Assembly: GCA_949290395.1 (NCBI GenBank)
Contig: CASERQ010000004.1
Coordinates: 85,598-149,597, forward strand
DNA from: an uncultured bacterium
Lineage (GTDB): Bacteria; Bacillota_I; Bacilli_A; RFN20; CAG-826
DNA: 64,000 nt
Reading direction: 5' to 3'
Both the position numbers and the translations under genes were made by a program. Under the pieces are notes generated by a model. That model was not told where the DNA came from and made no database searches. It was given only the letters and a program-made list of their open reading frames with translations. Positions 19,207-28,272 of the stretch are shown here, piece by piece. Position 1 is the stretch's first letter; every line of letters begins with the position of its first letter.

Positions 19207-19698
19207 TGAAGAAAGCTATACTAATTCCATTTTTAGTTTCGTTATCTCTTTTTCTTGCGGAGAAGAACCAATTTATTTCGAAACAAAAGAGATAAGTGTT
19301 AAATTTCGCTTATATAATGAAATACAAGAACCCGGTAATCCTCGTTATAAAGAGTATCGTTTTGAAATCGATGAAGATTTAAAAGAAAGAATTAATGAAC
19401 ATTATAATGATGTTGTTAATGATAAAGGTGAAAAAGAAGAAGATCTTTATGTTGGAGATGAAAGTATAGGAGATTTTGTTGTTAGTTTAAAAAACGAAGA
19501 CAAATCAGTTTTCATTAAATTTCAAAAGGATAATTATAGAATTGAATATAGTGTTTATGAAGATGAAGACAATAAAAAACAATATCTTAAAGAAGTCTCT
19601 GACAATGCTTTAAACATTTGGAATAATGCTATTTATAACCAACTTGAAGATTATTTAGCTGACGCACCTTTTGAATATAATAACGGAGGACATTGACA
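19207..19698 (+). pseudogene. Small lipoprotein gene disrupted by a frameshift in the signal-peptide region
   Basis: ATG 19207 encodes MKKAILIPFLVSLSLFL and then hits a stop after 30 codons. The +2 frame continues ...FSCGEEPIYFETKEISVKFRLYNE... (about 160 aa) to the TGA at 19696-19698. The frame switch lies at the CTCTTTTTCTT tract (about 19252-19262). Confidence 0.4.
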
Positions 19699-19928
19699 TT
19701 TCTAAATAGTAAGAATATTTTTAAATTTCTTTTGTTAATCTAACGTCTATAGAACTCGCTTCTATATGCGTTTTCTTTTTTGATATTCAGAGAATATCAC
19801 TAAAACATTAAATTAAACTCACTTAAAATAACCACGATACCTATCGCTAAAATTTATTATATCTATATTCAAAAGTGAGTTTTCATACTATAATTAAAGT
19901 ATAAATAAACATAAAGGAGATAATAATT

Positions 19929-20489
19929 ATGAAGTATCAAATTATTGGCAAAAACATTGAAGTAACAGAGGGTATTTCTGCTGCTTTAACTAAAAAATTA
20001 TCCAAGATGGACAAATACTTCAAAAATGACGATGAAGTAAGTTGTAGGGCTGTTGTAAGAAGCTACAAAAAAGGCGAAGCAAAAGTTGAAATTACAATTT
20101 TTACAAAAGACACAACCTTTAGAGCTGAAGTAAAAACTAATGATTTATATGCTGCTTTCGACCTTGCAATTGATAAGCTTCAAGGTCAAATGAGAAAGCT
20201 TAAAACTAAATTAAGAAACCGTTATGACCGTGCTGGAATTGGTAAAGCTCTTGTCTTTGAAGAAATTCAAGATGAAGTCGAAAAAGAAGAAGAGGGAAGT
20301 GTTGTTAGAACTAAGGTCTTAGACCTTAAACCAATCTCCGCTGAAGAAGCAGTTCTTGAAATGGAAGCTATTGGACATGATTTCTATTTATATCTTGATA
20401 CTGATGATGAGAAAATCAGTGTTGTATATAAAAGAGAAGATGGAGGTTATGGTTTACTCCAAGCTTCAAATAAGATCGATATTAAATAG
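19929..20489 (+). CDS. hpf: Ribosome hibernation promoting factor (long form)
   Basis: 186 aa, MKYQIIGKNIEVTEGISAA... N-terminal RaiA/HPF domain plus a C-terminal dimerization domain. Strong RBS AAGGAGA. Confidence 0.85.
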   Translation: MKYQIIGKNIEVTEGISAALTKKLSKMDKYFKNDDEVSCRAVVRSYKKGEAKVEITIFTKDTTFRAEVKTNDLYAAFDLAIDKLQGQMRKLKTKLRNRYDRAGIGKALVFEEIQDEVEKEEEGSVVRTKVLDLKPISAEEAVLEMEAIGHDFYLYLDTDDEKISVVYKREDGGYGLLQASNKIDIK

Positions 20490-20513
20490 TTATAATTAAA
20501 AAAGAGAGATATT

Positions 20514-20544
20514 TCAGGCGACCAAGAGGTCGCCTGATTTTTTA
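20514..20544 (+). terminator. Rho-independent terminator after hpf
   Basis: CAGGCGACC-aagag-GTCGCCTG hairpin followed by T7. Confidence 0.8.
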
Positions 20545-20864
20545 TGATTGTTTTTGTTTTAGAGTCGTTTAATAAGTCTCCATTATTTATGACATACCTA
20601 TATTTAATCCTTTGATGTTGAACATTTGATTTAATTTCCCTATTAAGTTTTTAATGCTTCAACGATGTTATTTTAAAAAAACTTTAGTTTTGCGACCTTT
20701 CTAAGTGAATTTATTGGTTGTTTAATTACATTTACATTGAGTTTAATTCATAATTAAATCAATTAATTCTTTTTATTATGTTAGTTTTTATCATTTTGCA
20801 CTAAGCTTCTTAAGAAATTGAAAATTAAAAGTCTATAATATTAAAGGATTAAGGAGACTTTATT

Positions 20865-22967
20865 ATGCGTAAAAGAAGATTACTTTTAGCTCTTGCTTTA
20901 GTTGGCGTTTTAACAGGGTGCGGAGCACCACAAGAAAATGCGGAGAATAATAAGAATAATCAAAACACTCAGACAGAACCTAGTAATGGAAAAGATGGAG
21001 TTGGAATTGTTTCAATAAATATTACATCTACTGAAGGTAATTCTGATATCTATACAATTACATATACTGATGGAAGTACATCTAATTTTAAAGTTACAAA
21101 TGGAAAAGATGGCGCACAAGGTATCCAAGGGGAGCCTGGTGAAGATGGGCGTACTCCTGTTATTTCTATTGGAGAAAATGGAAACTGGATTATTGATGGC
21201 GTTGATACTGGGTTTAGTGCTCAAGGAGAAAAAGGCGAAACTGGAAATGGGATTGAACTCATTGAAAAAGATAAAAGTGAAGGAAATGTTGATACTTATA
21301 TAATTTATTTCACTGATGGCACAACAAGTTCCTTCACTGTTACAAATGGTGAAAATGGCGAACAAGGTATACAAGGAGAACCAGGTAAAGATGGACATAC
21401 TCCAGTAATCACTATTGGATATAATGGAAACTGGTTTATCGATGGAGAAGATACGGGAGTTTCTGCTAAAGGCCCTGAGGGCGAAAAAGGTGATCAAGGT
21501 GAAGCAGGTAAAGGAATTTATAATATTGTTAAAGATCACACAAATGGAAACGTTGATACATATATTATTTATTTTACTGATGGAAGTCATATTTCTTTTG
21601 ACATAACTAATGGGGAAAATGGAGAAGATGGCCACTCTGCTTTTGAAATATTTAAAGAATATTATCCTGAATATGAAGGAAGTGAAAAAGAGTGGATTGA
21701 AGATATAATTAACGGCAAGTTTAATAAAGTTACTGTTACTTTTGATTTAAATGGTGGAATTTATGAAGGAGAAGAAAAAATTCAAATTCTTAAAGGTCAA
21801 TCAATCGGAGACAATTTGCCAGTTCCAGAGAAAAAAGGGAAAAAATTTTTAGGTTGGTATACTGGATGGACTCCAAATGATGTTCAGGTAACTAAACTTA
21901 CCCCTATAAATTCCGATATTACTTTAGTTGCTAAATGGGACAGCTATGATATTAAATTTTTAGATAGAGATGAAGAAGTTTTTTTCGAAACTACTATAAA
22001 TCATGGTGAAAAGCTTGCAAAACCTAGCTCAAATCCAGAAAGTTTAGGTGATGCTTACACTTTCATTAAATGGAATTATGATTTTGATGATCCTGTTTAT
22101 AGCGATTTAAATATTTCATCGGTTTGGACAACAAATGATGAAGTTATTATGACTTTTGGAACCTATCCGCAATCGGTTGTCAGTGACAAAGAATTAAAAG
22201 AAAAACTTTCTTCTTTAGAAAACGCTGATATAGAAGGAACAGTATTGAAATATGATTCTGATAATGATGGTGAAAAAGAAAGATATATGGTCGCAAGAGG
22301 CGGCAGTGATGATATTATCGCTGACGATGGAAGCGTAATTGAATACGGCATAAATTACTTTAAATATGAACCAATAGAGTGGCGTATTTTGAGAAAAAGT
22401 ACTGAAGAGTATTTTCTTGTTTCACACAAAGTGATTGATTTTCAAGTTTTTGAAAAAGATGGATATGTTTATGAGGATCAAGAAACACATTTAAGTGAAC
22501 ATATAAAAAATGATTACTCAAAGTCTGATATAAGAGAATGGCTTAATAATGTCTTTCTAGTCAATGCCTTTTCTTACAGTGAACAAGAAAGAATTTTGAT
22601 CACAAATGTTGAAAATAACCAGGATTTGTCGACAGATGAAAAAAATGGTTATGTATATGAAAACACAGAGGACAAAGTATTTTTACTTAGTAAAAAAGAC
22701 GTTGAAACATACAGCTTTTCATCTGATTCAGAATTGAAAAAAGAAGATAGGGTTGCTAGAGCAACCGATTATTCAAAAATTTTAAGCAGTGGTGGAATGT
22801 CAATAGATGATGGTTCGTATGGTAACTGTGATTGGCGGACTAGGACGCCTAGACCTTCAAATTTAGGCTATGATTTTACTTATTACGTTTTTCAAGACGG
22901 CGGAGTCCTCTATAATGACACAGACATTAAAAAGGGTGTCCGCCCAGCCATTCGAATTGAACCCTAA
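20865..22967 (+). CDS. Paralogous collagen-like surface lipoprotein (GXY repeats + Flg_new repeat + conserved C-terminal domain)
   Basis: Lipobox LTGCGAPQEN identical in style to 14939..17116. GXY runs (GAQGIQGEPGEDG; GPEGEKGDQGEAGKG). HTPVITIGYNGNWFIDGEDTG. VTFDLNGG...GKKFLGWYT. C-terminus WRTRTP...GVRPAIRIEP. Confidence 0.7.
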   Translation: MRKRRLLLALALVGVLTGCGAPQENAENNKNNQNTQTEPSNGKDGVGIVSINITSTEGNSDIYTITYTDGSTSNFKVTNGKDGAQGIQGEPGEDGRTPVISIGENGNWIIDGVDTGFSAQGEKGETGNGIELIEKDKSEGNVDTYIIYFTDGTTSSFTVTNGENGEQGIQGEPGKDGHTPVITIGYNGNWFIDGEDTGVSAKGPEGEKGDQGEAGKGIYNIVKDHTNGNVDTYIIYFTDGSHISFDITNGENGEDGHSAFEIFKEYYPEYEGSEKEWIEDIINGKFNKVTVTFDLNGGIYEGEEKIQILKGQSIGDNLPVPEKKGKKFLGWYTGWTPNDVQVTKLTPINSDITLVAKWDSYDIKFLDRDEEVFFETTINHGEKLAKPSSNPESLGDAYTFIKWNYDFDDPVYSDLNISSVWTTNDEVIMTFGTYPQSVVSDKELKEKLSSLENADIEGTVLKYDSDNDGEKERYMVARGGSDDIIADDGSVIEYGINYFKYEPIEWRILRKSTEEYFLVSHKVIDFQVFEKDGYVYEDQETHLSEHIKNDYSKSDIREWLNNVFLVNAFSYSEQERILITNVENNQDLSTDEKNGYVYENTEDKVFLLSKKDVETYSFSSDSELKKEDRVARATDYSKILSSGGMSIDDGSYGNCDWRTRTPRPSNLGYDFTYYVFQDGGVLYNDTDIKKGVRPAIRIEP

Positions 22968-23028
22968 TAATTTCATAAAGGACTTATAAAAGAATATAAT
23001 TTTAACGATTTAAGGATACTTATTATGC

Positions 23029-23190
23029 GTAAAAGAAGATTACTTTTAGCTCTTGCTTTAGTTGGCGTTTTAACAGGGTGCGGAGTACCACAAGAAAATG
23101 CGGAGAATAATAAGAATAATCAAAACACTCAGACAGAACCTAGTAATGGAAAAGATGGCTGCTATTTAAAATATTATTTAGTATTTTAAT
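23029..23190 (+). pseudogene. Truncated 5' copy (RBS + signal peptide + first ~44 codons) of the 20865 lipoprotein gene
   Basis: 23029-23160 is near-identical (1-2 mismatches) to 20865-20997, including the upstream TTAAGGAnACTTATT RBS context. The reading frame ends after ...SNGKDGCYLKYYLVF. Confidence 0.5.
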
Positions 23191-23433
23191 TTATGGATAT
23201 TTAACTTTCGTTTTTAAAAAAAGACGCAGATTTGCATTGTTTTTGATGAATTAAGGTACCAAAAGTTAATTTCCTTAGTATAAAATTTAAGATTTAAGAG
23301 ATGGAAGATTGTCATAAACAAATTCCTTTAAAATTTATTCTTAATATTGAGAGATGTTTTTTGTTTCACCAACACAACCTGACACCATTCAAGCGATATT
23401 GTAATTTGACACTCTAGCCTTTAAAATTATGTT

Positions 23434-24267
23434 ATGCAAAAAATTATCGCAACTGATTTAGATGGAACACTTTTTTATCCAAAAGACACTAAAGAAATGA
23501 TTTCTAAACCAAATTTATTTTTCTTACAGAATTTTATAGATAAAGGCGGTGAAGCAATTTTAATTAGTGGTAGAAGTGATGCTTATTGTCGTAAGACTAT
23601 CAAAAAGATTGATAGACCTTGCGCAGCAATCTCTTATAACGGAGCTTGTATTTTTGATGGTGAAAAGATGATTTATCAAAACGCCATTAAAAACTCTGAA
23701 GCTAAAGCAATCATTGATGAAATTTATAAAACTTATAAGAATCATGGTGTTTTCTTAATGACAGAAAATGGCTTATCAATTCATCTTGTTTATAAAAGTA
23801 AACTTATTAGATATGGCTTTAGACTATATTACAAAACACAAGGTATCTATACTGAAAATCTTTTGCCTTACGAAGATCAATATGAAAAAGAATTAAATGA
23901 AGGCAAGATTTTTAAGATTATGATTTATTTTGGTCTTGGAAAAAGAATGCAAAATAAAGCAAAGCAAGCTAATACGATTTTAAGAAATACTTATGATAAT
24001 GTTGAATGCAATTGGAGCAGAAACGTTATCGAAATCACTGCAAAAGACTGCTCAAAAGCAAAAGCTTTAAAATATTTACTTGAAAGTCAAGATGCTCTTG
24101 ATAAAGAAGTTTATGTTGTCGGAGATAGTGGAAACGACATTTCACTTTTTAAAGCTTTTCCTAAAAATTCATTTTGTATGGGCCACGCCCCTGACGCCGT
24201 GAAAAAATATGCAAAATATACAATAGATAAATTCGAAGATTTATCTAGATATATTTTCGAAAAATAG
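23434..24267 (+). CDS. Cof-type HAD-IIB family hydrolase (sugar phosphatase-like)
   Basis: IATDLDGTLF motif I and GDSGNDISLF motif IV. 277 aa. Confidence 0.7.
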   Translation: MQKIIATDLDGTLFYPKDTKEMISKPNLFFLQNFIDKGGEAILISGRSDAYCRKTIKKIDRPCAAISYNGACIFDGEKMIYQNAIKNSEAKAIIDEIYKTYKNHGVFLMTENGLSIHLVYKSKLIRYGFRLYYKTQGIYTENLLPYEDQYEKELNEGKIFKIMIYFGLGKRMQNKAKQANTILRNTYDNVECNWSRNVIEITAKDCSKAKALKYLLESQDALDKEVYVVGDSGNDISLFKAFPKNSFCMGHAPDAVKKYAKYTIDKFEDLSRYIFEK

Positions 24268-24298
24268 TAAAATAGTTAAAGACAAAAAGGAGATATAT

Positions 24299-25165
24299 AT
24301 GGAAACTATTAGTAGAGTTATTGTTTCTTTAGTTTATTACAATTCATTAGTTAGAGACACTCTCGAATATACCTTAAATCGTCCTAATGGATATGATGTA
24401 AAGTATTATGATTACAAAAGAAATGGAATTGTAAACGAAATCAAACTCAACACCCCTCTTAAAGCATTCTTAGATCAAAATGGTGAAAAAGGTGATGAGT
24501 TAAGAAAGAAACTTGAACAATATGGTGAAGATTTTTATAGCGATACATCAACTGTAATTAAAAAAGCTAGTGATGGATTAAGAGTTGACCATGCTCAAAA
24601 CGTTAAGATTTTTGAATCAACAATCCCACTTCATGAAGAAATAAATGCTGTTATTAGATTGCACGTTGATTTTGCTCGTAAAAATAACACTTTAAAAGAT
24701 AAGATTGTCAATCTTGTTGCAGCTGATGAAAGATTTTATAGAGCGGTTGCTTTGCTTTCATTAAATGGAGAAATCGATCGTCAATTTGCTGAATTCAATA
24801 AAGCAATGAGAGAATCAAAAGGCGAACCAACTCCAGCTTCAAACTTCATTCAAAACGATTTAAATACTCTTGTTAGATGTTTAGCTACTGTTAGACAAGG
24901 TGCAACATGTAATGATGAACTTTATACAGATGCATTAGATGCTGTTTTCCATAGCGTAGAAATGATGAATGGAAAAAGAGCTGTTCCAAAAGGAAAAACA
25001 TTTGCTGATGTCTTCAATGAAGCAAACATTAAAATTGGTGCTTTTGTAAGAGATAGTGAAGCTCAATGGAGAGCAAACTATCAACCACTTTTAAATGAAC
25101 TTGTTGCTGATAACCAAAAAGCAAGAGAAGCTCAAGCTCAAGCAAATAACACTGAAGCAAAGTAA
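24299..25165 (+). CDS. Hypothetical cytoplasmic protein
   Basis: 288-aa ORF with RBS AAGGAGA. No recognizable motifs. Confidence 0.35.
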   Translation: METISRVIVSLVYYNSLVRDTLEYTLNRPNGYDVKYYDYKRNGIVNEIKLNTPLKAFLDQNGEKGDELRKKLEQYGEDFYSDTSTVIKKASDGLRVDHAQNVKIFESTIPLHEEINAVIRLHVDFARKNNTLKDKIVNLVAADERFYRAVALLSLNGEIDRQFAEFNKAMRESKGEPTPASNFIQNDLNTLVRCLATVRQGATCNDELYTDALDAVFHSVEMMNGKRAVPKGKTFADVFNEANIKIGAFVRDSEAQWRANYQPLLNELVADNQKAREAQAQANNTEAK

Positions 25166-25179
25166 TTTAAAGGATTAAA

Positions 25180-25614
25180 ATGAGTAAAGAAAAAATTACT
25201 AATAAAGAAAAGAAGAGTAAAAGCGTTCTTAAAGTTTTTACACCAAAGCAACTCTTTTGGTTTATTCTTGGAGTTTTGATTACAGTAAATGCAGTAATTT
25301 TCTTAGTCCTTGGATTAATCAATGATTATGCTAATCTTGCATTCTCTCCATTTGAAGCTGCAAATGAAGGAATGAAAGCAGCACTTGGTGGCATTGATTT
25401 TAAATGGTTTGGCGTAATTACTTTAATCTTAGGGACAATTATTTATTCGCTTGCTTTATCTTTCTCTGCTAAATCAGCTGAAAGAGAAAAAGAAAGAGAA
25501 GAAAGAAGAAAACAACGTAGATTCTTCTCAAATATTGATGGAGAAAAAGTTGTTGCAAGTTTTAACACATCAACTTCTGAAGGAACAAATCCTTTACCTC
25601 CTGAGAGTAAATAA
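25180..25614 (+). CDS. Small membrane protein (2-3 TM helices) with a charged C-terminal tail
   Basis: Hydrophobic segments FWFILGVLITVNAVIFLVLGLI and FGVITLILGTIIYSLALSF. RBS AAAGGA. Confidence 0.35.
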   Translation: MSKEKITNKEKKSKSVLKVFTPKQLFWFILGVLITVNAVIFLVLGLINDYANLAFSPFEAANEGMKAALGGIDFKWFGVITLILGTIIYSLALSFSAKSAEREKEREERRKQRRFFSNIDGEKVVASFNTSTSEGTNPLPPESK

Positions 25615-25633
25615 AAATTAAATCTTTTAAAAT

Positions 25634-25663
25634 TAACTGCTAGTTTCTTCTAGCAGTTTTTTA
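25634..25663 (+). terminator. Rho-independent terminator
   Basis: AACTGCTAG-tttcttc-TAGCAGTT plus a T6 run. Confidence 0.7.
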
Positions 25664-25757
25664 TTAAAAGTAAGCTTAATTTTAAAAAACCTTGCAAATC
25701 TGAGGTATTTTAAAAACAATATTAAAATTATTTTTCTAAAACAAGCGTTACAAAACT

Positions 25758-25792
25758 AAAAAAAACAAATAAAAAAACGACCGAAGTCGTTA
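25758..25792 (-). terminator. Rho-independent terminator downstream of tRNA-Ser (minus strand)
   Basis: On the minus strand: AACGACTTCGGTCGTT hairpin followed by a T-rich run (TTTTTTTATTTGTTTTTTTT). Confidence 0.7.
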
Positions 25793-25802
25793 GTTGTCAA
25801 TC

Positions 25803-25892
25803 TGGCGGAGAAAAGGGGATTTGAACCCCTGCTTCCTTTTACAGAACTATGAGCTTTCCAAGCCCACCCCTTCAGCCTCTTGGGTATTTCTC
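25803..25892 (-). tRNA. tRNA-Ser (anticodon GGA), class II with long variable arm
   Basis: Reverse complement reads GGAGAAATACCCAAGAGGCTGAAGGGGTGGGCTTGGAAAGCTCATAGTTCTGTAAAAGGAAGCAGGGGTTCAAATCCCCTTTTCTCCGCCA. It has a 7-bp acceptor stem, anticodon loop TTGGAAA (GGA), about a 20-nt variable arm, T-arm GGGGTTCAAATCCCC and an encoded CCA. Confidence 0.85.
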
Positions 25893-25943
25893 CGTGCGGA
25901 TAGTATTTTATCATTAACTAAGAGGATTTGTCATTAATTTTTT

Positions 25944-26933
25944 ATGAAAGAATTTCTAATCACAAAAGAAAACGCTAATCAAAGAGCTGATAAGTTTATA
26001 AAGAAGTATCTTAACGAAGCTCCTTTATCTTTTATATACAAAACTTTTAGAAAAAAAGATATCAAAGTTAATAATAAGTGGATCAAGGAAAACTATATTT
26101 TAAAAGAAGGGGATGTTTTAAAAGTTTATATAAGTGATAAAAAAATCGCTGAATTTAATAAACCTATAGATATTAGTGAAATCAAAACTAAAGTAAATTT
26201 AGATATTGTTTATGAAGATGAAAACATTTTAATTGTAAACAAAAGAAAAGGCATATTAATTCATGGGGATATGAACGAAAAAAGAAGAACTTTATCTAAC
26301 GAAGTTTTAACTTATCTATATCAAAAAGGGGAATTTAAAAATGATGGGAAATCTTTTATTCCTTCTCCAGTTCATAGATTGGATAGAAATACATCAGGCC
26401 TAGTTATATTTGCTAAAAACTTATTTTCTTCTCAAGTTATGCTTGAACTTTTAAAGGATCACGAAAATATTTTAAAAACCTATCTTGTTTTAAGTTTTAA
26501 TAAAGCCAAGGAAGAAGAAGGCATGATTGACCTTCCTTTAATTAAAGACGAGAAAAATGGCTTTGTTAAAGTTGGAAGTATAGATAGCGGAGCAAAAAGC
26601 GCTAAAACGCTTTTTAAAGTAATTGATGAAAACGAATCCTATACTTTATTTAAAGCAAGCTTAATAACTGGAAGGACCCATCAATTAAGAGTTCATTTTG
26701 CTTCAATTGGTTGTCCTATAGTTGGGGATGAAAAATATGGTGACTTTTCAAAGAATAAATCTTTTGAAAAAGAATTTAACTATCGAACACAGTTTTTAAT
26801 TGCTTATAAAATTTCTTTTAAAGAAGTTACAGGCGAACTTTCTTATTTATCAAACAAGACTTTTAAAGCTAATATTTCCGAGAAAGAATTAAAGATATTA
26901 AAAGAACTTGGCTTAAAAGTTAAAGATATATAA
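25944..26933 (+). CDS. RluA/RluD-family rRNA pseudouridine synthase with N-terminal S4 domain
   Basis: Catalytic motif HRLDRNTSGLVIFAKN. 329 aa. Confidence 0.75.
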   Translation: MKEFLITKENANQRADKFIKKYLNEAPLSFIYKTFRKKDIKVNNKWIKENYILKEGDVLKVYISDKKIAEFNKPIDISEIKTKVNLDIVYEDENILIVNKRKGILIHGDMNEKRRTLSNEVLTYLYQKGEFKNDGKSFIPSPVHRLDRNTSGLVIFAKNLFSSQVMLELLKDHENILKTYLVLSFNKAKEEEGMIDLPLIKDEKNGFVKVGSIDSGAKSAKTLFKVIDENESYTLFKASLITGRTHQLRVHFASIGCPIVGDEKYGDFSKNKSFEKEFNYRTQFLIAYKISFKEVTGELSYLSNKTFKANISEKELKILKELGLKVKDI

Positions 26934-27138
26934 ACCCATATAAAATTGTTAATTTCTCTGCAGAAATTAGGTTTTTTGTCTAGAAACTAGATAAATATAA
27001 GCATGAAAAAATTTTTAATCATAACCTTAGTTTTGCATTATAACTTTAGTAAAGTTAGGAAACGAGTTTAAAGTTATGTTTTGCGACTCACAAATAAAAT
27101 TGTAATAAATTCGCTATAAAATTTTCTATAGTAGGCAT

Positions 27139-27170
27139 TAAAAAAAGCGATATTTATCGCTTTTTTTAAT
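27139..27170. terminator. Bidirectional rho-independent terminator between convergent genes
   Basis: AAAGCGATA-ttt-ATCGCTTT perfect hairpin flanked by an A-run upstream and a T7 run downstream. Confidence 0.75.
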
Positions 27171-27202
27171 CCTCAACTGTTAAAGATAAGCTATTTTAAG
27201 TC

Positions 27203-27991
27203 CTACTTTCTAAACTCGTATAAAACGCTGTCTTTATTTTTCTTGATTATAGAAAGTATAGCTATTGATAAACCAACAATAGCAGCATCAAATAAACCAA
27301 AGAAAATAGTTCCGCCTTGAGCCGAGTTAATACTTCCAGAATAATTACCTGATTCAAGAGCAAGGAAGATGATTGAAATTATTGTTAAGCTACTAATTGT
27401 AACTAATGCAATATTAAATCCTTTTATTTTCTTTGGAACAAATAGTGCAATAAGTGGCAATATAAAATTAGTAAGTGATAACAAAATTATTACAAATGGC
27501 ATAACTAAAGTTACATTTGATAGCATTGTGATTGACTCAAAAAGATTGTAATAGTAATGAACGGAAAAGTTTCCTGAAGGATATAGAGTTGCTTCAAAAA
27601 ATGGAGCAAATAAGATCCAGAAAGAAATGAAAGCGATGAGGACTTCAATCATCACTAAAAGTTTATTTAAAGTAAGTGTATAAATTACTTTTGTTTTTGC
27701 TTTAGGAGCTGTTTCGTTTCCTGAAGATGTATTTGCTTCATTTATTTCATCAACCTTTTCTTGAATTTTTATTTCTTTTTCGACAAACTCATTAATATCT
27801 TCATTTAAAAGATAATCAATAGAACAATTAAAGATTTGACTTATTCTAATTATCTTTTCTGTTTCAGGATAAGCTAAATTACTTTCCCATTTTGATACTG
27901 ATTGACGAGAAACTTTTAATAAACTCGCTAGTTGATCTTGGGTTAAGTTATTTTCTTTCCTTAACTTTGCAATTTTATCTCCGGTTTTCAT
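27203..27991 (-). CDS. XRE-family HTH transcriptional regulator fused to a C-terminal multi-pass membrane domain
   Basis: N-terminus MKTGDKIAKLRKENNLTQDQLASLLKVSRQSVSKWESN (HTH_3). C-terminal half has at least four hydrophobic TM segments. Confidence 0.6.
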   Translation of the reverse strand: MKTGDKIAKLRKENNLTQDQLASLLKVSRQSVSKWESNLAYPETEKIIRISQIFNCSIDYLLNEDINEFVEKEIKIQEKVDEINEANTSSGNETAPKAKTKVIYTLTLNKLLVMIEVLIAFISFWILFAPFFEATLYPSGNFSVHYYYNLFESITMLSNVTLVMPFVIILLSLTNFILPLIALFVPKKIKGFNIALVTISSLTIISIIFLALESGNYSGSINSAQGGTIFFGLFDAAIVGLSIAILSIIKKNKDSVLYEFRK

Positions 27992-28272
27992 AATTTTTTA
28001 TCTTCTTTCGATTTTAATTTTAGTTCCTAGGGAAATAAGTGACAACCATGTTTGAGTTTATTTTTGTAAACTTACGGTTGCAACTAAGAAATTTTAAGTA
28101 AATTTTTAAGGCTTTTTTGGTTTTTACTAATTTTCATAAGTTTAATCTTAATTTTTACAAAAATCTCAATAGAATTTTACATCGAAAAAATATATTTAAA
28201 TTTTTTAACTTTACTATCGAAAATGATAGAATATGGGTGAAATTTTGAGGGAATGAAATATAGGTGAAGAAT

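Noticed and set aside
21012-21635. 207-aa minus-strand ORF, plus small + strand ORFs 21070..21303 and 21415..21606, inside the lipoprotein gene 20865..22967
   Set aside because: These are antisense or out-of-frame products of the GGT/GAA-rich collagen-repeat coding sequence. They lack RBSs, and the Ile/Phe/Asn-rich composition is typical of spurious ORFs in AT-rich DNA. The same applies to 15074..15340, 15683..15952 and 15823..16047.
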